A DNA stretch of 64,000 bases from an uncultured Bacillota bacterium (GCA_937862575.1 CALMFM010000156.1:2905-66904); one strand, 5' to 3'. Positions 37,337 to 47,765 are shown, counted from the stretch's first letter. Program-made: numbers and translations. Notes: generated from the letters alone by a model not told the origin.

Positions 37337-40300
37337 TCTCCTCTCCAAAACGTTCCTTTTGGGGTCACATTCCAAGACCCTCGAATTATAGACCCATACA
37401 TAGGGGTCAAATTTCCTTTAGACATCATCGCTCCATAAGTAATGTTTTCTACGTTATCAATACATTCAATGGAAGAAAAACCATTTCCGGCTTTGCTGAC
37501 TCCGTAGCTTATATTTGTGATTAAAAACTCTTTCGCGTTCAACGTCTCTATGTTTCCATCCAGTCCCCTAAAAATATTTCTGGGCACTTCTGACTCTATT
37601 TCTCCCATCCAAAGTATTTGTACTTTTCCCTCCCTCGTCTCAATTCGTCCTCTGTTCATATAAAATGGATGTAGACAGAAGAAAAGAGGTTTCTTTTGTT
37701 CGCCTTTAACTATTTTCTCGACGATTTCTTTATGGCGTTTTGCTAGGGTTCCCGAAAGATTTAAGGTAACTCTTGAAGTTCCATCTTCAAAATTTAGTAC
37801 ATACGTAGACCCGCTGGAATTGTTGAAAACTTTGTGATCATAAACCCATCCGAGAGAAAGGAAGGCTTTATTTTCAATGGTTTCTGACTTGAGATAGGAA
37901 AGCGGTTTCCTATATTGATCATGATCCGTTTTGGGCAATTCGTCATAAGATCGAGGCCAGGGAAGGGATTTCCTTAACCTGAACATCCTCTCTTCCTCTG
38001 ACCAATCTTCATCTGTATTAGTTTCTTTAGACCATGCCCATAAAGTGTTCCTGGTCAACTCCTTGCCCGTTAATAATTGTTTGCGATTCTTTTCTATGGA
38101 ATCTAGATAACCTACCTCTACGAGCGTTTGGAAGACATTCTTTCTAATTTTTCTTATTTTGTCAAAGTCTTTTCCTGCTGCAAGGACCTTTTTCATCTCT
38201 TCTGGGCCAATTCCCTTAACTTTATTTAGTCCAAGATAGAGAATATTATTATCTCTATCAAAGGTGGTTAATTCTGAGGGAGATTCGATACTTGGAGGGC
38301 TTATTTTTATTCCAGAGTCCATAGCTTCCTTTATAAAAGCTAGAGATTGAGTTTCGTCCTTTTCTGTGTTAATTAACGAGGCGTAAAATGCTAGGGGATT
38401 GTATAATTTTAACCAAGCTGTCCAATATCCCAATATAGAATATTCAATAGAATGGCTCAAATTAAAACTATAACGTCCAAATTCTAAAATTTTATTGAAC
38501 AAGTTATCAAATTGGGATTTTGTAAATCCATTAGATAAAGCCCCCTGTTGGAATTGGTCTTCTTTTTCTTTAAGGGCATCTCTACCTTTACTTTTTGCGA
38601 TGAGTTTCATAAATTTTTCAGAATCCACCATTGAAAAATTTCCAATTTTATTAGCAACTTTCATTATTTGTTCCTGATAACAAATAATTCCGTAGGTATC
38701 ACTTGTAATTGGTTCTAAAAGCGGATGATCATAATTCCATTCCTTTCCTCCCTTTCTCTCTATATAATCAAAACTCATTCCCGAATTAAGAGGACCGGGC
38801 CTACATAGTGCATTTGTAGCAATTAAATCATCGAATTTGTCAGGATTTAAATGCCTTAAATAATCAGTTACTAATTGAGAACCAAATTGAAATATTCCAG
38901 CTGTTTTACTTGATTTTAAAAGTTCAAAGACTTTCGGATCATTATAGTCTTCGGGAAGAGCATTCCAGTCAAGTCCCGATGATTTCAGAGAATTATCGAT
39001 AACATCCAGGATTGATAATCCCAAAATATCGAACTTAACTATACCTAACTTTTCAAGCGCATCTTTTTCCCAGGAACAAACTAAATTGTTTCTAGATTCG
39101 GGTTTATCATAGAGTTCTGTGGGAATACTACTTTCCAAGTCTTTACAGACGACAACTCCTGCTGCGTGCATTCCCGTATGTCTAATTTTTCCTCTCAGTC
39201 TTAATGCGGCGTCTATGACATCTGGATATTTGCCAGCAAATTCCGCTGCAAATTCAGAAGTTAAAATTACGTCTTCAATTTTAAGGTTTTCTGCTGTTTT
39301 GGTAGAAAGTTCTTTGGTTAATTTATTGATTTCGGACAATGGAACATTGTAAACTCTTCCTACATCTCTCAGGATACTTTTATCTGACCACTCCGAAAAT
39401 GTAATAATAGAGCTTATATTTCCTTCTCCATATTTTAACTTTAAATGGCCGATAATAGAACTTCTATTTTCCGCAGAAAAATCCATGTCTATATCAGGAG
39501 TTCTAGTTGGAGATAGAAATCTTTCCCACAAAGTATTGAATCGGAGAGGATCTACTTTTGTGATTCCCAAGAGATAGGCCACCAATGATCCACCCACGGA
39601 ACCTCTTCCTGGCCCTCGAGGTATATTGTGTTTATCTGCGAACTCACACATTTCAAGAACTTTTTCGAAATATTTAGCGAATCCTCGGTCGAATATGAGG
39701 TCCAGTTCTTTTTTGATTCTATCGTTTACCAGTTTAGGATCATATCCATTCTTTTCTGTATAAGATTTGATGTCCATCTTTGTAAGTATATTTTGTCGGG
39801 CCTCTTCTTCATTTCCGATTAAAGTATCCCCTAAATTTGATGGTAATTCGAAATTACATTTTTCCATTATCTCCATAGTATTTTTATATAATTCTTCTCT
39901 AATTGGATATACTTTAGGGTGATGTTCCTTTAATAATTTGTCTATCTGATCGGTCGTTAGATTACAAAATGTGTCATCCCCGAATCCTATTTTGTCTTTT
40001 ATTGTTTTTCTTGAATTGATCGCTTTTACTAAATCGTGATAATGTTTGTCCTCTGGAGAATTATAGTGAGAATCTGTAGTAATTATACATTTAATATTAT
40101 ATTTATTAGCCAAATCAAGGATAAACTCATTGTATTTTTCTTGATCTGCGTCAATCTTCTTGAGTCTATTGGGTTGAAGTTCTAGGTAAAAATCATCTTT
40201 GAAGGCCGATAGCAGCTTGGTAATAATTTTATCTACGGACTCTCCTCTTTTCATTTTTTTAGCTAGGACTCCGGAAATACAAGCGCTGGAACAGATTAAT

Positions 40301-41298
40301 CCCTCCGAATGCTTACAAATTTCGTCGATAGAAGTTTTCTGGTATACCTTATTAAATATTTTGTGGGTATTCTCTTTAGATAAGGTATGAATTTTTAGAA
40401 GATTTTTATATCCCGTTTCGTTTTTTACAAGAAGGACAAAATGGCTTTGCGCTCGAGGACCTTCATCGATGTAACATTCTATTCCGTGGATGGGCTTAAC
40501 TCCTCTGGCCTTTAGAGCGTTTTGGAAATAATAGAGACCAGAAAGAGATCCGTGATCTGTACAGGCGCAGGCTTTGAATCCCTTTTGGACTAGATCTTCG
40601 GCCAATTCGTCTTCGGTACGAAATACATCACCAATAGAGCCATGTTCAGTATGAACATGTAGGGGAACATATCTTTGTGAAACGATTGGATTGGGTGGAT
40701 TTAAAGGTTGAGTGTCCCCGATAACGGCTTCCCCGCCGTTATCCATTTGTCCATCTTCAAGAAAAAAGTTTACGCGCTCGTAACTTTTAATATAATCCTC
40801 AACTTTTAGGGCTCCTCGAAGACAATAAGATGGATGATAAAGACCAATGAATCTTCTTCCTTTTTCGTCTTTTAGTGTTTGTCCTATGGACTCAGAAATC
40901 TTTTTTTCTGGAAAGAAGAAGTTGAGGCTCGTTGCTCCTAAACATACAATTATCTTAGGGTTTAGCAATTCTAATTGTTGTTCTAACCAGGGCCGACAAA
41001 GATCGATTTCTTGTATTGTAGGTTTCCGATTTTCGGGCGGATGGCATTTTAATATATTAAGAATACAATAATTTTTAATATTGTTTTCTCGAATACAACG
41101 GTCTAGAAGTAATCCAGATCTGCCAACAAAAGGTTTTCCTTGTTTATCTTCTTCTGCACCTGGGGCTTCTCCGATAAAAACGATATCGGGATTCATCGAC
41201 CCGCGCCCAATAACAATATTTTGTCGAGATTTACAAAGGTCGCACTTTTGACAGAGCCTTATTTGAGAAGAGAGTTCTTTTAAATCCAAACTAATCAC
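37333..41298 (-). CDS. dnaE: family-4 uracil-DNA glycosylase fused to family C DNA polymerase (DnaE-type)
   Basis: UDG4: C..C.L, GEAPG, PFVG, KC.PP.NR, YHPS; PHP: LHVH, TDHG, TDSHY; Pol: GRGS, PDIDMD, HAAG, KFDILGL, YSFN.SH. Confidence 0.95.
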   Translation of the reverse strand: MISLDLKELSSQIRLCQKCDLCKSRQNIVIGRGSMNPDIVFIGEAPGAEEDKQGKPFVGRSGLLLDRCIRENNIKNYCILNILKCHPPENRKPTIQEIDLCRPWLEQQLELLNPKIIVCLGATSLNFFFPEKKISESIGQTLKDEKGRRFIGLYHPSYCLRGALKVEDYIKSYERVNFFLEDGQMDNGGEAVIGDTQPLNPPNPIVSQRYVPLHVHTEHGSIGDVFRTEDELAEDLVQKGFKACACTDHGSLSGLYYFQNALKARGVKPIHGIECYIDEGPRAQSHFVLLVKNETGYKNLLKIHTLSKENTHKIFNKVYQKTSIDEICKHSEGLICSSACISGVLAKKMKRGESVDKIITKLLSAFKDDFYLELQPNRLKKIDADQEKYNEFILDLANKYNIKCIITTDSHYNSPEDKHYHDLVKAINSRKTIKDKIGFGDDTFCNLTTDQIDKLLKEHHPKVYPIREELYKNTMEIMEKCNFELPSNLGDTLIGNEEEARQNILTKMDIKSYTEKNGYDPKLVNDRIKKELDLIFDRGFAKYFEKVLEMCEFADKHNIPRGPGRGSVGGSLVAYLLGITKVDPLRFNTLWERFLSPTRTPDIDMDFSAENRSSIIGHLKLKYGEGNISSIITFSEWSDKSILRDVGRVYNVPLSEINKLTKELSTKTAENLKIEDVILTSEFAAEFAGKYPDVIDAALRLRGKIRHTGMHAAGVVVCKDLESSIPTELYDKPESRNNLVCSWEKDALEKLGIVKFDILGLSILDVIDNSLKSSGLDWNALPEDYNDPKVFELLKSSKTAGIFQFGSQLVTDYLRHLNPDKFDDLIATNALCRPGPLNSGMSFDYIERKGGKEWNYDHPLLEPITSDTYGIICYQEQIMKVANKIGNFSMVDSEKFMKLIAKSKGRDALKEKEDQFQQGALSNGFTKSQFDNLFNKILEFGRYSFNLSHSIEYSILGYWTAWLKLYNPLAFYASLINTEKDETQSLAFIKEAMDSGIKISPPSIESPSELTTFDRDNNILYLGLNKVKGIGPEEMKKVLAAGKDFDKIRKIRKNVFQTLVEVGYLDSIEKNRKQLLTGKELTRNTLWAWSKETNTDEDWSEEERMFRLRKSLPWPRSYDELPKTDHDQYRKPLSYLKSETIENKAFLSLGWVYDHKVFNNSSGSTYVLNFEDGTSRVTLNLSGTLAKRHKEIVEKIVKGEQKKPLFFCLHPFYMNRGRIETREGKVQILWMGEIESEVPRNIFRGLDGNIETLNAKEFLITNISYGVSKAGNGFSSIECIDNVENITYGAMMSKGNLTPMYGSIIRGSWNVTPKGTFWRGE

Positions 41299-41304
41299 CT
41301 TTAA

Positions 41305-42594
41305 TTAAGATTTTTTCGTTAAACCGATTAGCGTATCACCGATTCTTTTATTTGCCATTTCTATATAATTAAGATTTAATTCAATTCCCACAAAATTTCT
41401 TCCTAATTTTTTTGATACTACTCCTACGGTTCCAGATCCCATAAATGGATCGAGAACTAAACAAGGATCTGGTTTTCCCCAAGCGCAATCTAAAATACAG
41501 GAACACGTTTGTTGCCACCCTATGGTTTTTGATTGAGGAGGAGAAACCATTGTGCCACTAGATTGAGTTCGTCCAAATTTACCCATCTGAGATGCTCGTT
41601 CCGATCTCTTTATTATCATTGGTTTTTTGACAAGAATTCTTTTGTAGGGTGCATTACAGGCGGGGCAGCATCCGTTTTCCGAGGTTCCTGCCAGGATGCA
41701 CGGCTCGACCAAAGCTTCCGGGAAGGTGGCGAAGTGAGCTTCTTTGTAAGGACGGGTTGGTATGGTCCAAACGGTGCGCTTATTGCGAGCAGGAACGCCG
41801 TTTATTGTGCTCGGCCAACGTTCGCACCCGTTCACTGCAAGCGAATTGGGATTATTATTAAAATGTTCCCCATCTTTGTATTTTTCGCTGCCCTTCATGC
41901 GGGTATCTTTTCGGCCATCGTATCCTGTTGCGTCTTCCTTTATCGCCTCGCCATCATAATAATATTTCTTGCTCTTACTCAGCAAAAACATGTACTCATG
42001 GCTCTTGGTAGGTCTGTCCGTGACAGACTCTGGCATACAATTTGGTTTTTCCCAAATGATATCAGACCTGAGATACCACCCATCAGCTCGCAGGGCGAAC
42101 GCAACCATCCAGGGGATTCCTATCAGGTCTTTGGGTTTTATACCACATTCTAAGCACGCTTTTGCTTTGTCGAATTTTCCAGACGTTTCAACTCCTGACA
42201 TATCGCGGGTGCCGTTTATTGCTGATGTGTCCTTAAATCCACCCCCGTTGAAATTGCCAGTTTTTGTGGTTGAGTACGAATCTCCAAGGTTAAGCCAAAG
42301 CGTTCCTTCATCTTTCAGCACTCGCTTAACCTCTCGGAAGACTTCAACCAGTTTAGCAACATATTTTTCCGGTGTGGGTTCTAACCCAATCTGACCTTCG
42401 ACACCATAATCTCGGAGGCCATAATAGGGAGGGGAGCATATACAGCAATCCATAAAATTGTTTGGAAGCGTTTTTAATACTTCCAATACATCGCCACATA
42501 AAATTTTATCTACGAATTGATCGATAATTTCTTTATCTCCTGTATCTTTACTATCGGGTGCGGAATTACCACAATAAATTTTATTAATTTCCAA
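41305..42594 (-). CDS. DNA methyltransferase (N4-C/N6-A, beta class)
   Basis: SPPY motif IV and DPFMGSGT motif I. Confidence 0.92.
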   Translation of the reverse strand: MEINKIYCGNSAPDSKDTGDKEIIDQFVDKILCGDVLEVLKTLPNNFMDCCICSPPYYGLRDYGVEGQIGLEPTPEKYVAKLVEVFREVKRVLKDEGTLWLNLGDSYSTTKTGNFNGGGFKDTSAINGTRDMSGVETSGKFDKAKACLECGIKPKDLIGIPWMVAFALRADGWYLRSDIIWEKPNCMPESVTDRPTKSHEYMFLLSKSKKYYYDGEAIKEDATGYDGRKDTRMKGSEKYKDGEHFNNNPNSLAVNGCERWPSTINGVPARNKRTVWTIPTRPYKEAHFATFPEALVEPCILAGTSENGCCPACNAPYKRILVKKPMIIKRSERASQMGKFGRTQSSGTMVSPPQSKTIGWQQTCSCILDCAWGKPDPCLVLDPFMGSGTVGVVSKKLGRNFVGIELNLNYIEMANKRIGDTLIGLTKKS

Positions 42595-42675
42595 TTTAAA
42601 ACTCTCCTTGTTTATTCTAGATACGTTCCACTAAATGAATGAGAAATTAAAAAGAAGGAGCAATAGAAAATTGAT

Positions 42676-43128
42676 TTAAGAATTAACTTTCTTAGTAGAA
42701 ATAACCTCGGAAGCTATTCTTATCAATCTCCATTCGCTCAGATCTCTATAAAGAATACCTAATTTAAATCCCTTTACTCCTCTAGATTGTTTTTCGGCGA
42801 GAGATTTTTGGGTATTCGTGGTTACATCAATTAACCACTGTTCTCCTCCTTCAAGTTCTGCATAATAATCCCAAAATGGGGCCACGTTACAAACTTCATT
42901 TAGGTCCAAAATATGATTAAAACCCATAGATTCCAATACTTTTCTAGCCTCGATCTCTGCCTTTTGCCATTCTTTTCTTGTCCAGTTTTCTTCAGGCTTT
43001 ATTCCTTTTAAATGGTTCATGCAGGTCCACTTAGAAACATTGAGTTTATTCATAATATCGGAATAAGTGGACCCGTTTTTTCTCATTTCAACCATTTCGT
43101 TATGAATTTTTTCTGTTATCCGTACCAT
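42676..43128 (-). CDS. HTH plus PD-(D/E)XK-like endonuclease
   Basis: N-terminal HTH; AE..A...L...GF, D......IDV; own TATA at ~43150. Confidence 0.55.
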   Translation of the reverse strand: MVRITEKIHNEMVEMRKNGSTYSDIMNKLNVSKWTCMNHLKGIKPEENWTRKEWQKAEIEARKVLESMGFNHILDLNEVCNVAPFWDYYAELEGGEQWLIDVTTNTQKSLAEKQSRGVKGFKLGILYRDLSEWRLIRIASEVISTKKVNS

Positions 43129-43169
43129 ACCAAACTATTGTTTAGTATGGTATATAAAGATTTCTATAA

Positions 43170-43553
43170 TTATCTAGAATTATATTCCTCTATACGGTCT
43201 AGATAATATTTTTGCTCCTTTTCTGTATAACTATCCCAATCTTTTTTAATAATTTCTTCCAATTCTCCGTCCTTAATTACCCGTACCATTATGTTCTTTT
43301 TTCCGCAACGGGTGCAACTTGTTCTAAACTTATTACCCACATACCACTGAAGTCCCTTACAATAAGGACACTTTATTAATCTAGCCTGATCTTTTTCAAG
43401 TGTTTTTTGGGGAATAACAGATGATTTACATTTAGAGCAAGAAGTTCTTTCAGAGCCTTGATACCATGTTCGCCAAAACCATGATCTTTCACATTTTGGA
43501 CACTTTACAGATTTTGGCATTGGAAGGAGAATAGGATTAGAGGGAAGATCCAT
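43170..43553 (-). CDS. double zinc-ribbon protein
   Basis: four CxxC pairs arranged as two repeats. Confidence 0.65.
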   Translation of the reverse strand: MDLPSNPILLPMPKSVKCPKCERSWFWRTWYQGSERTSCSKCKSSVIPQKTLEKDQARLIKCPYCKGLQWYVGNKFRTSCTRCGKKNIMVRVIKDGELEEIIKKDWDSYTEKEQKYYLDRIEEYNSR

Positions 43554-43554
43554 T

Positions 43555-43800
43555 TTACTCTCCTATCCCATTCGCCACATTTAGTTCTTGAGCGATCATT
43601 TTTCTAGTTCTGTTCACATCTCTTCTCGAATTCTTTACGAGTTCAAGATAGCCCTCAACAGATACTATTTTCTTTGCTATGTCTTTGTCTGATTCGTTAG
43701 CGGTCATTTCTTGTGTTAGATTATAAAGCATTTTCGAGGCATTAAGAAGAGCCTCGGCATCTGCTTTCAAATCGTCAATAATATTCTGGTCTAACATCAT
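43555..43800 (-). CDS. coiled-coil hypothetical protein
   Basis: GGAGG SD; promoter at ~43835. Confidence 0.6.
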   Translation of the reverse strand: MMLDQNIIDDLKADAEALLNASKMLYNLTQEMTANESDKDIAKKIVSVEGYLELVKNSRRDVNRTRKMIAQELNVANGIGE

Positions 43801-43859
43801 AATTCCTCCAATATTTGTTAAAACGTTGTTAATAGAATAAATAGTTGTTGGTTAACGCA

Positions 43860-44123
43860 TTAAATATATTTTACTGTTTCGCATTTTTTGGGAATTACAA
43901 AGGCATCAAACAAAAAACCACCAAAGATATCTTCGTCCGGTCTGTTTTTTATAGCCAAAGCAAATCCTTCATTGGTGAATCCGATTGGGATTCCCTTTCC
44001 GTTTATAACGGCGGTTAATCCGTCAGGTTCATAATAACCTCCAGATTCTCCGCATTTGCAGGATCTATGCTTAAAAAAAAGCCTGAAAACGTCTTTACAT
44101 TTTGGGCAATAAATCAACTTCAT
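43860..44123 (-). CDS. zinc-binding hypothetical protein
   Basis: MKL..C..C.D.......C.CG...G.Y. Confidence 0.65.
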   Translation of the reverse strand: MKLIYCPKCKDVFRLFFKHRSCKCGESGGYYEPDGLTAVINGKGIPIGFTNEGFALAIKNRPDEDIFGGFLFDAFVIPKKCETVKYI

Positions 44124-44578
44124 TTCTTTATCAACCCCAATCTTTTTGCTTTATGATAAATAGCGCTTTTGCTTTTTTCTAAATGTTTTTCTATTTCAGT
44201 AGCAGTTAAATTTAAATAATTTTTCATTAAAAAGTTTATATCTTCATCTTCCCAAGTAATTCCTCCTCGGTAGCGGTATTTTCTTTTTAGGCCCATTTTT
44301 TGGGCTTTACTAATTACACTTCCTTTCTTTCTATTTAGGGTTGAGAGAATATCGTCCCAGGGAGCCGTTTCGTAATTCTCCTTGAGGTATTGAATTTCCA
44401 CTGGAGAATAATGGTTTAAATATTTCATATCTCCCTCTTCTAAATGTAGCTCCTTAGCTCTTCTTATAATTTGACTCTCTGATCGACCCCATAATTTTTC
44501 CTGCAAATCAATTAGAGGAATCTTTTTATAAAATTCTGCTAAAAGAGCATCTTCATCAGCAGTAAACGGATCGGGCAT
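44120..44578 (-). CDS. SANT/Myb-like triple-repeat DNA-binding protein
   Basis: three [FYW]..ED..L...Y...I...L.RS...I..KA..LGL repeats. Confidence 0.75.
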   Translation of the reverse strand: MPDPFTADEDALLAEFYKKIPLIDLQEKLWGRSESQIIRRAKELHLEEGDMKYLNHYSPVEIQYLKENYETAPWDDILSTLNRKKGSVISKAQKMGLKRKYRYRGGITWEDEDINFLMKNYLNLTATEIEKHLEKSKSAIYHKAKRLGLIKK

Positions 44579-44592
44579 AATCCTCCTAATAA

Positions 44593-44763
44593 TTAACGTT
44601 TAGTAGTGTACATCGCATTTAAAATACTATCGAGACAATCTGCAATTTTTTGTAACAACTCGACTTTTTCTCTTATTACACAACTGTCTGTTTTGGGGAT
44701 ATATGCTATACATTCTTCTAATTTACATTCTCCATTAATTTTAGGACAAAACAAAGATATCAA
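44593..44763 (-). CDS. small Cys-rich protein
   Basis: FCPKINGECKLEECIAY...C; not in the ORF track; resembles 3294-3575. Confidence 0.5.
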   Translation of the reverse strand: MISLFCPKINGECKLEECIAYIPKTDSCVIREKVELLQKIADCLDSILNAMYTTKR

Positions 44764-45022
44764 CTCCGCAAAGCAATTTAAATTAAATATTTTTTTCCTT
44801 GTGAAATTATATCGGTAAAACTTTTTCCTTCTAAATTGATTAAGGGCTCTATTGATTTTACATTTTTATGAGAATCTTTTTCTAAAGAATCCAGAAGAAT
44901 TTTTTGATTCCAGGAAATCATCCTTTTCTCTTCTCCGTCATTAAAGCTAACCCGAAACAAGGTCATTTTTATCATATAAATGATCACCTCAAAAAAAGAA
45001 AAAAAAAAAGAGAGAATTACAA

Positions 45023-46312
45023 TTACCAAGCTTCAGATGCTTTAACTGCCTCTGGAATACTCTCTTCAATTTTTATGGTTTCTTCCGGCATTCCTTCGCT
45101 TATGTCTTTGATTGCATAAGCTCTAATTCCGGGGGTGTCTCTTTCTTTGTTAACAAAGACTTTTCCAATTACCTGTACAATTCCAGCAAGATTACCTTTT
45201 TGTCCCGTAACGGGATCAAACATTGCAGAATCGCCAATAATATTAATTGAATTCCCATTCATGTCTGAAATTGTGGTATAGCCGATCTTGGTTCCCCTCT
45301 CAGGATTTTGCTTCACTTCCACAATAGCATCTCCGAACATTGGGAAGAGTCTTACAAATTTGTTTGCATAATTTCTTATTCCACAAAGATCGGCAATTAC
45401 ATCACAAGTAATACTATCGTCGATTTCAATTTTTTCACTAGAAGTGGCTGGCTTAGAATTTAAGTTCCAATACGGTCCATTTTCTCGGAAAACTCCTTTG
45501 TAGGTTGCTCCATAATCTACTTTATGATCCATCCACTCTTCAAATATGGTAGATACGTTTCTTGGAGAGGTGGTCCCATCTCTATTGAGAACCAAAATTT
45601 CTAGACTTCTAGATTTTAGAGGTTCACTGGTTAACTGTCCGTTACGATCTTTCTTATATAGAGTTTCCTTGACCATTTTTCCATTTTCATCCTTAAGAAC
45701 TTCGTCGTTCTCTCCTTTTACATTTCTCTGTACAATTTTTGGTTCATAAGCTGCCAAAATTCTAAATGGCATTCCAGCAGCAATTTCAGGAACTTTAAAT
45801 GTTCGTTCCGTCGGACCCACATCATTTATGCCGTAATTGATATACCCCTCTCTAATGGACTTATTGATTTTCCCACGATAAAATCCCGGTCTAAATGCTT
45901 TGTTGCTCCAATGGGTAGCTCTGACTCTTACGCAATCATCAACTGGGTTTTCTGAATGAAACAGATCTGTATTATTTCCTACTGGAACGATAAGATATAG
46001 ATTTGAAAACGCTTTATTATTCTTTGTAAGTCTTGCATCATCCTGAGATTCAAGATAAAATAGAATCTCGGTATCTCCCTTAGAAACGGCTTTTTCGCAA
46101 GCTATAACCTGGTTAATTGCTATTTCTTCCAAGCTAAGAACCAGTGGTTTTCCGCCATATACCTTATTGATTGGTTTTGTCCCTGTATCTTGGAGAACCT
46201 TAAGCTTTGCTTCATACTTATCTTTGAATACTTCCTTGCTCAATCCCGTTACTTCTATTCCGCGTTGAATAGCGCTATCTAAATTTTCGACCATAAAATA
46301 CATACTCCTCAT
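45023..46312 (-). CDS. putative single-stranded DNA-binding (multi-OB) protein
   Basis: beta-rich, OB-like segments, acidic tail ending in Trp; replication context. Confidence 0.4.
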   Translation of the reverse strand: MRSMYFMVENLDSAIQRGIEVTGLSKEVFKDKYEAKLKVLQDTGTKPINKVYGGKPLVLSLEEIAINQVIACEKAVSKGDTEILFYLESQDDARLTKNNKAFSNLYLIVPVGNNTDLFHSENPVDDCVRVRATHWSNKAFRPGFYRGKINKSIREGYINYGINDVGPTERTFKVPEIAAGMPFRILAAYEPKIVQRNVKGENDEVLKDENGKMVKETLYKKDRNGQLTSEPLKSRSLEILVLNRDGTTSPRNVSTIFEEWMDHKVDYGATYKGVFRENGPYWNLNSKPATSSEKIEIDDSITCDVIADLCGIRNYANKFVRLFPMFGDAIVEVKQNPERGTKIGYTTISDMNGNSINIIGDSAMFDPVTGQKGNLAGIVQVIGKVFVNKERDTPGIRAYAIKDISEGMPEETIKIEESIPEAVKASEAW

Positions 46313-46359
46313 TTAACAGTGCATTCAAAAAAGGTGTTGATAGATTAAATAGTTGTCGG

Positions 46360-47328
46360 TTAGTAATTTACCTTATATTTCCAAATTTGTTCGGTATCCC
46401 AATTGATATATCCTCCTGGAACGAACTGGTAGTACATTACCGATCTCGGATCTTGGAAGTCCTTTAAGCCTACAACGTGACCCAACTCATGTAAGGCTAC
46501 CTGATCTCTGTTTTGTTGATTATTGAAGAGCCATCCATAATTAGAGTTAAATCCGATGTCAGCTTCTACCAAGTGGCGAGTGCCACTATTATACCAAACC
46601 GTTGTTTTTCCTGTAATTCCAGTTGGCAAGCTAGAATAGCTTATACCCGATACTCCATTATATCCAGATCCATAGTTTGCAGAACTGCTATATGTTGCAA
46701 TAAGTTTAGTAAATGCCTGTTCGTTGACATTTCCATCTTTGTTATTCCATTGGTTCATTCCATTTGCTACGGAATATATTAAATCCAGACCCTTTAATTG
46801 ATAACCATCTGGAGAAATTCTGTCTTGAATGTTACAATACATAGTCAAGCCGTGGGTATGCCAGGGATTTGTAGGATCTGACCCGTCGTAGTATTGTCCA
46901 CTGGTATAATGAAGAACTGCTCCACTATAGGTCAAAGCCTGGGCCTCTTCTACAATTTCAGGGTTCTCGGCCCAAAATTCAATTTGCTCCGGCGCAATTA
47001 TGGTTCCGGCTTCATTATGATCCACCTTACCATAAATTCCATCATCAGAAGCAGCAGAGGTCGACTCTAAAGTTCCCTGAGACGATGAAAGTATATAAGA
47101 GGCAGATTTTTCTTTATTTGCTATGTTCTTTTCTATTGTAATATCTTTTCCAGAAAATTTAGTAGATTCAAAGATTCCATTTTCTCCCAAAGAAATCTCC
47201 GAATAAATATCTGAATTTTCTCCCATTTCAAAGTTCGATCCAATGCTACCCTCATTGGTTGACGTAGATATTGAAAATGCGTCAGTCAAACCAATTAATA
47301 GCATCAATACTATCAATTTTTTCCACAT
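46360..47328 (-). CDS. secreted metzincin (matrixin-like) metalloprotease
   Basis: signal peptide; EADI.FN, HELGHVVGLKD, SVMY Met-turn. Confidence 0.85.
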   Translation of the reverse strand: MWKKLIVLMLLIGLTDAFSISTSTNEGSIGSNFEMGENSDIYSEISLGENGIFESTKFSGKDITIEKNIANKEKSASYILSSSQGTLESTSAASDDGIYGKVDHNEAGTIIAPEQIEFWAENPEIVEEAQALTYSGAVLHYTSGQYYDGSDPTNPWHTHGLTMYCNIQDRISPDGYQLKGLDLIYSVANGMNQWNNKDGNVNEQAFTKLIATYSSSANYGSGYNGVSGISYSSLPTGITGKTTVWYNSGTRHLVEADIGFNSNYGWLFNNQQNRDQVALHELGHVVGLKDFQDPRSVMYYQFVPGGYINWDTEQIWKYKVNY

Positions 47329-47343
47329 ACTTTTACCACCATA

Positions 47344-47629
47344 TTATAGATATGTTTCTAGTCCTTTGTTCCAAATTGTTTCTTTTAGATAACAACCAAT
47401 TTTCTTTTCGGGTCTTACATACTTTGCCATAAAATCTAATTTCCCGTCTCTTTCTACTCGATACACAGCACCTTCAGCAAGCTCAATAGATCCATGATGC
47501 CCAAATTTTCCCAAAAGGTTATCTATTTTTTCTATAGAAATTGGACCTCCTTGATATAATAAATATGGTCTTGGAAAAAAAATGAGGAATTCGATGATAC
47601 GCTTTTCGGTCCAGGACTTTTGTTGAAAT
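47344..47629 (-). pseudogene. internally deleted RNA-ligase-like gene
   Basis: N-terminal RKAYHRIPH joined out of frame at a T8 run to C-terminal GHHG...AEGAVYR...AKYVR; no KxDG. Confidence 0.65.
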
Positions 47630-47643
47630 AAATATCACCTCAG

Positions 47644-47765
47644 AAAAATCGAGAAATCCCAAGGGGAGGAGTTTAGGCCCGCGAGGAGGAACGGGCCACG
47701 CCGGGAGAGAAGCGACGTTTAGGAGGGAAGGAGGCGAAAGAACGGTTTTTCCCTTGGGACGTTTC
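47644..47765 (-). ncRNA. putative structured sRNA with multiple CCUCC (anti-SD) loops
   Basis: GC-rich island; terminal stem UCCCAAGGG/CCCUUGGGA, two internal hairpins, TATA upstream, U-run downstream. Confidence 0.75.

Noticed and set aside
37333-41298. inteins in the polymerase, terminase, NrdD or helicase
   Set aside because: Lengths are explained by recognised domains; no C...HN-[CST] junctions or LAGLIDADG blocks were seen.
41533-42394. long plus-strand ORFs antisense to the methyltransferase
   Set aside because: Shadow ORFs caused by locally higher GC; no motifs or SD.
47653-47765. tRNA, Y RNA or plus-strand CsrB-like GGA sponge
   Set aside because: No T-loop or cloverleaf and no Ro60-binding helix consensus; the G-U pairing and promoter position favour the minus (CCUCC) strand.
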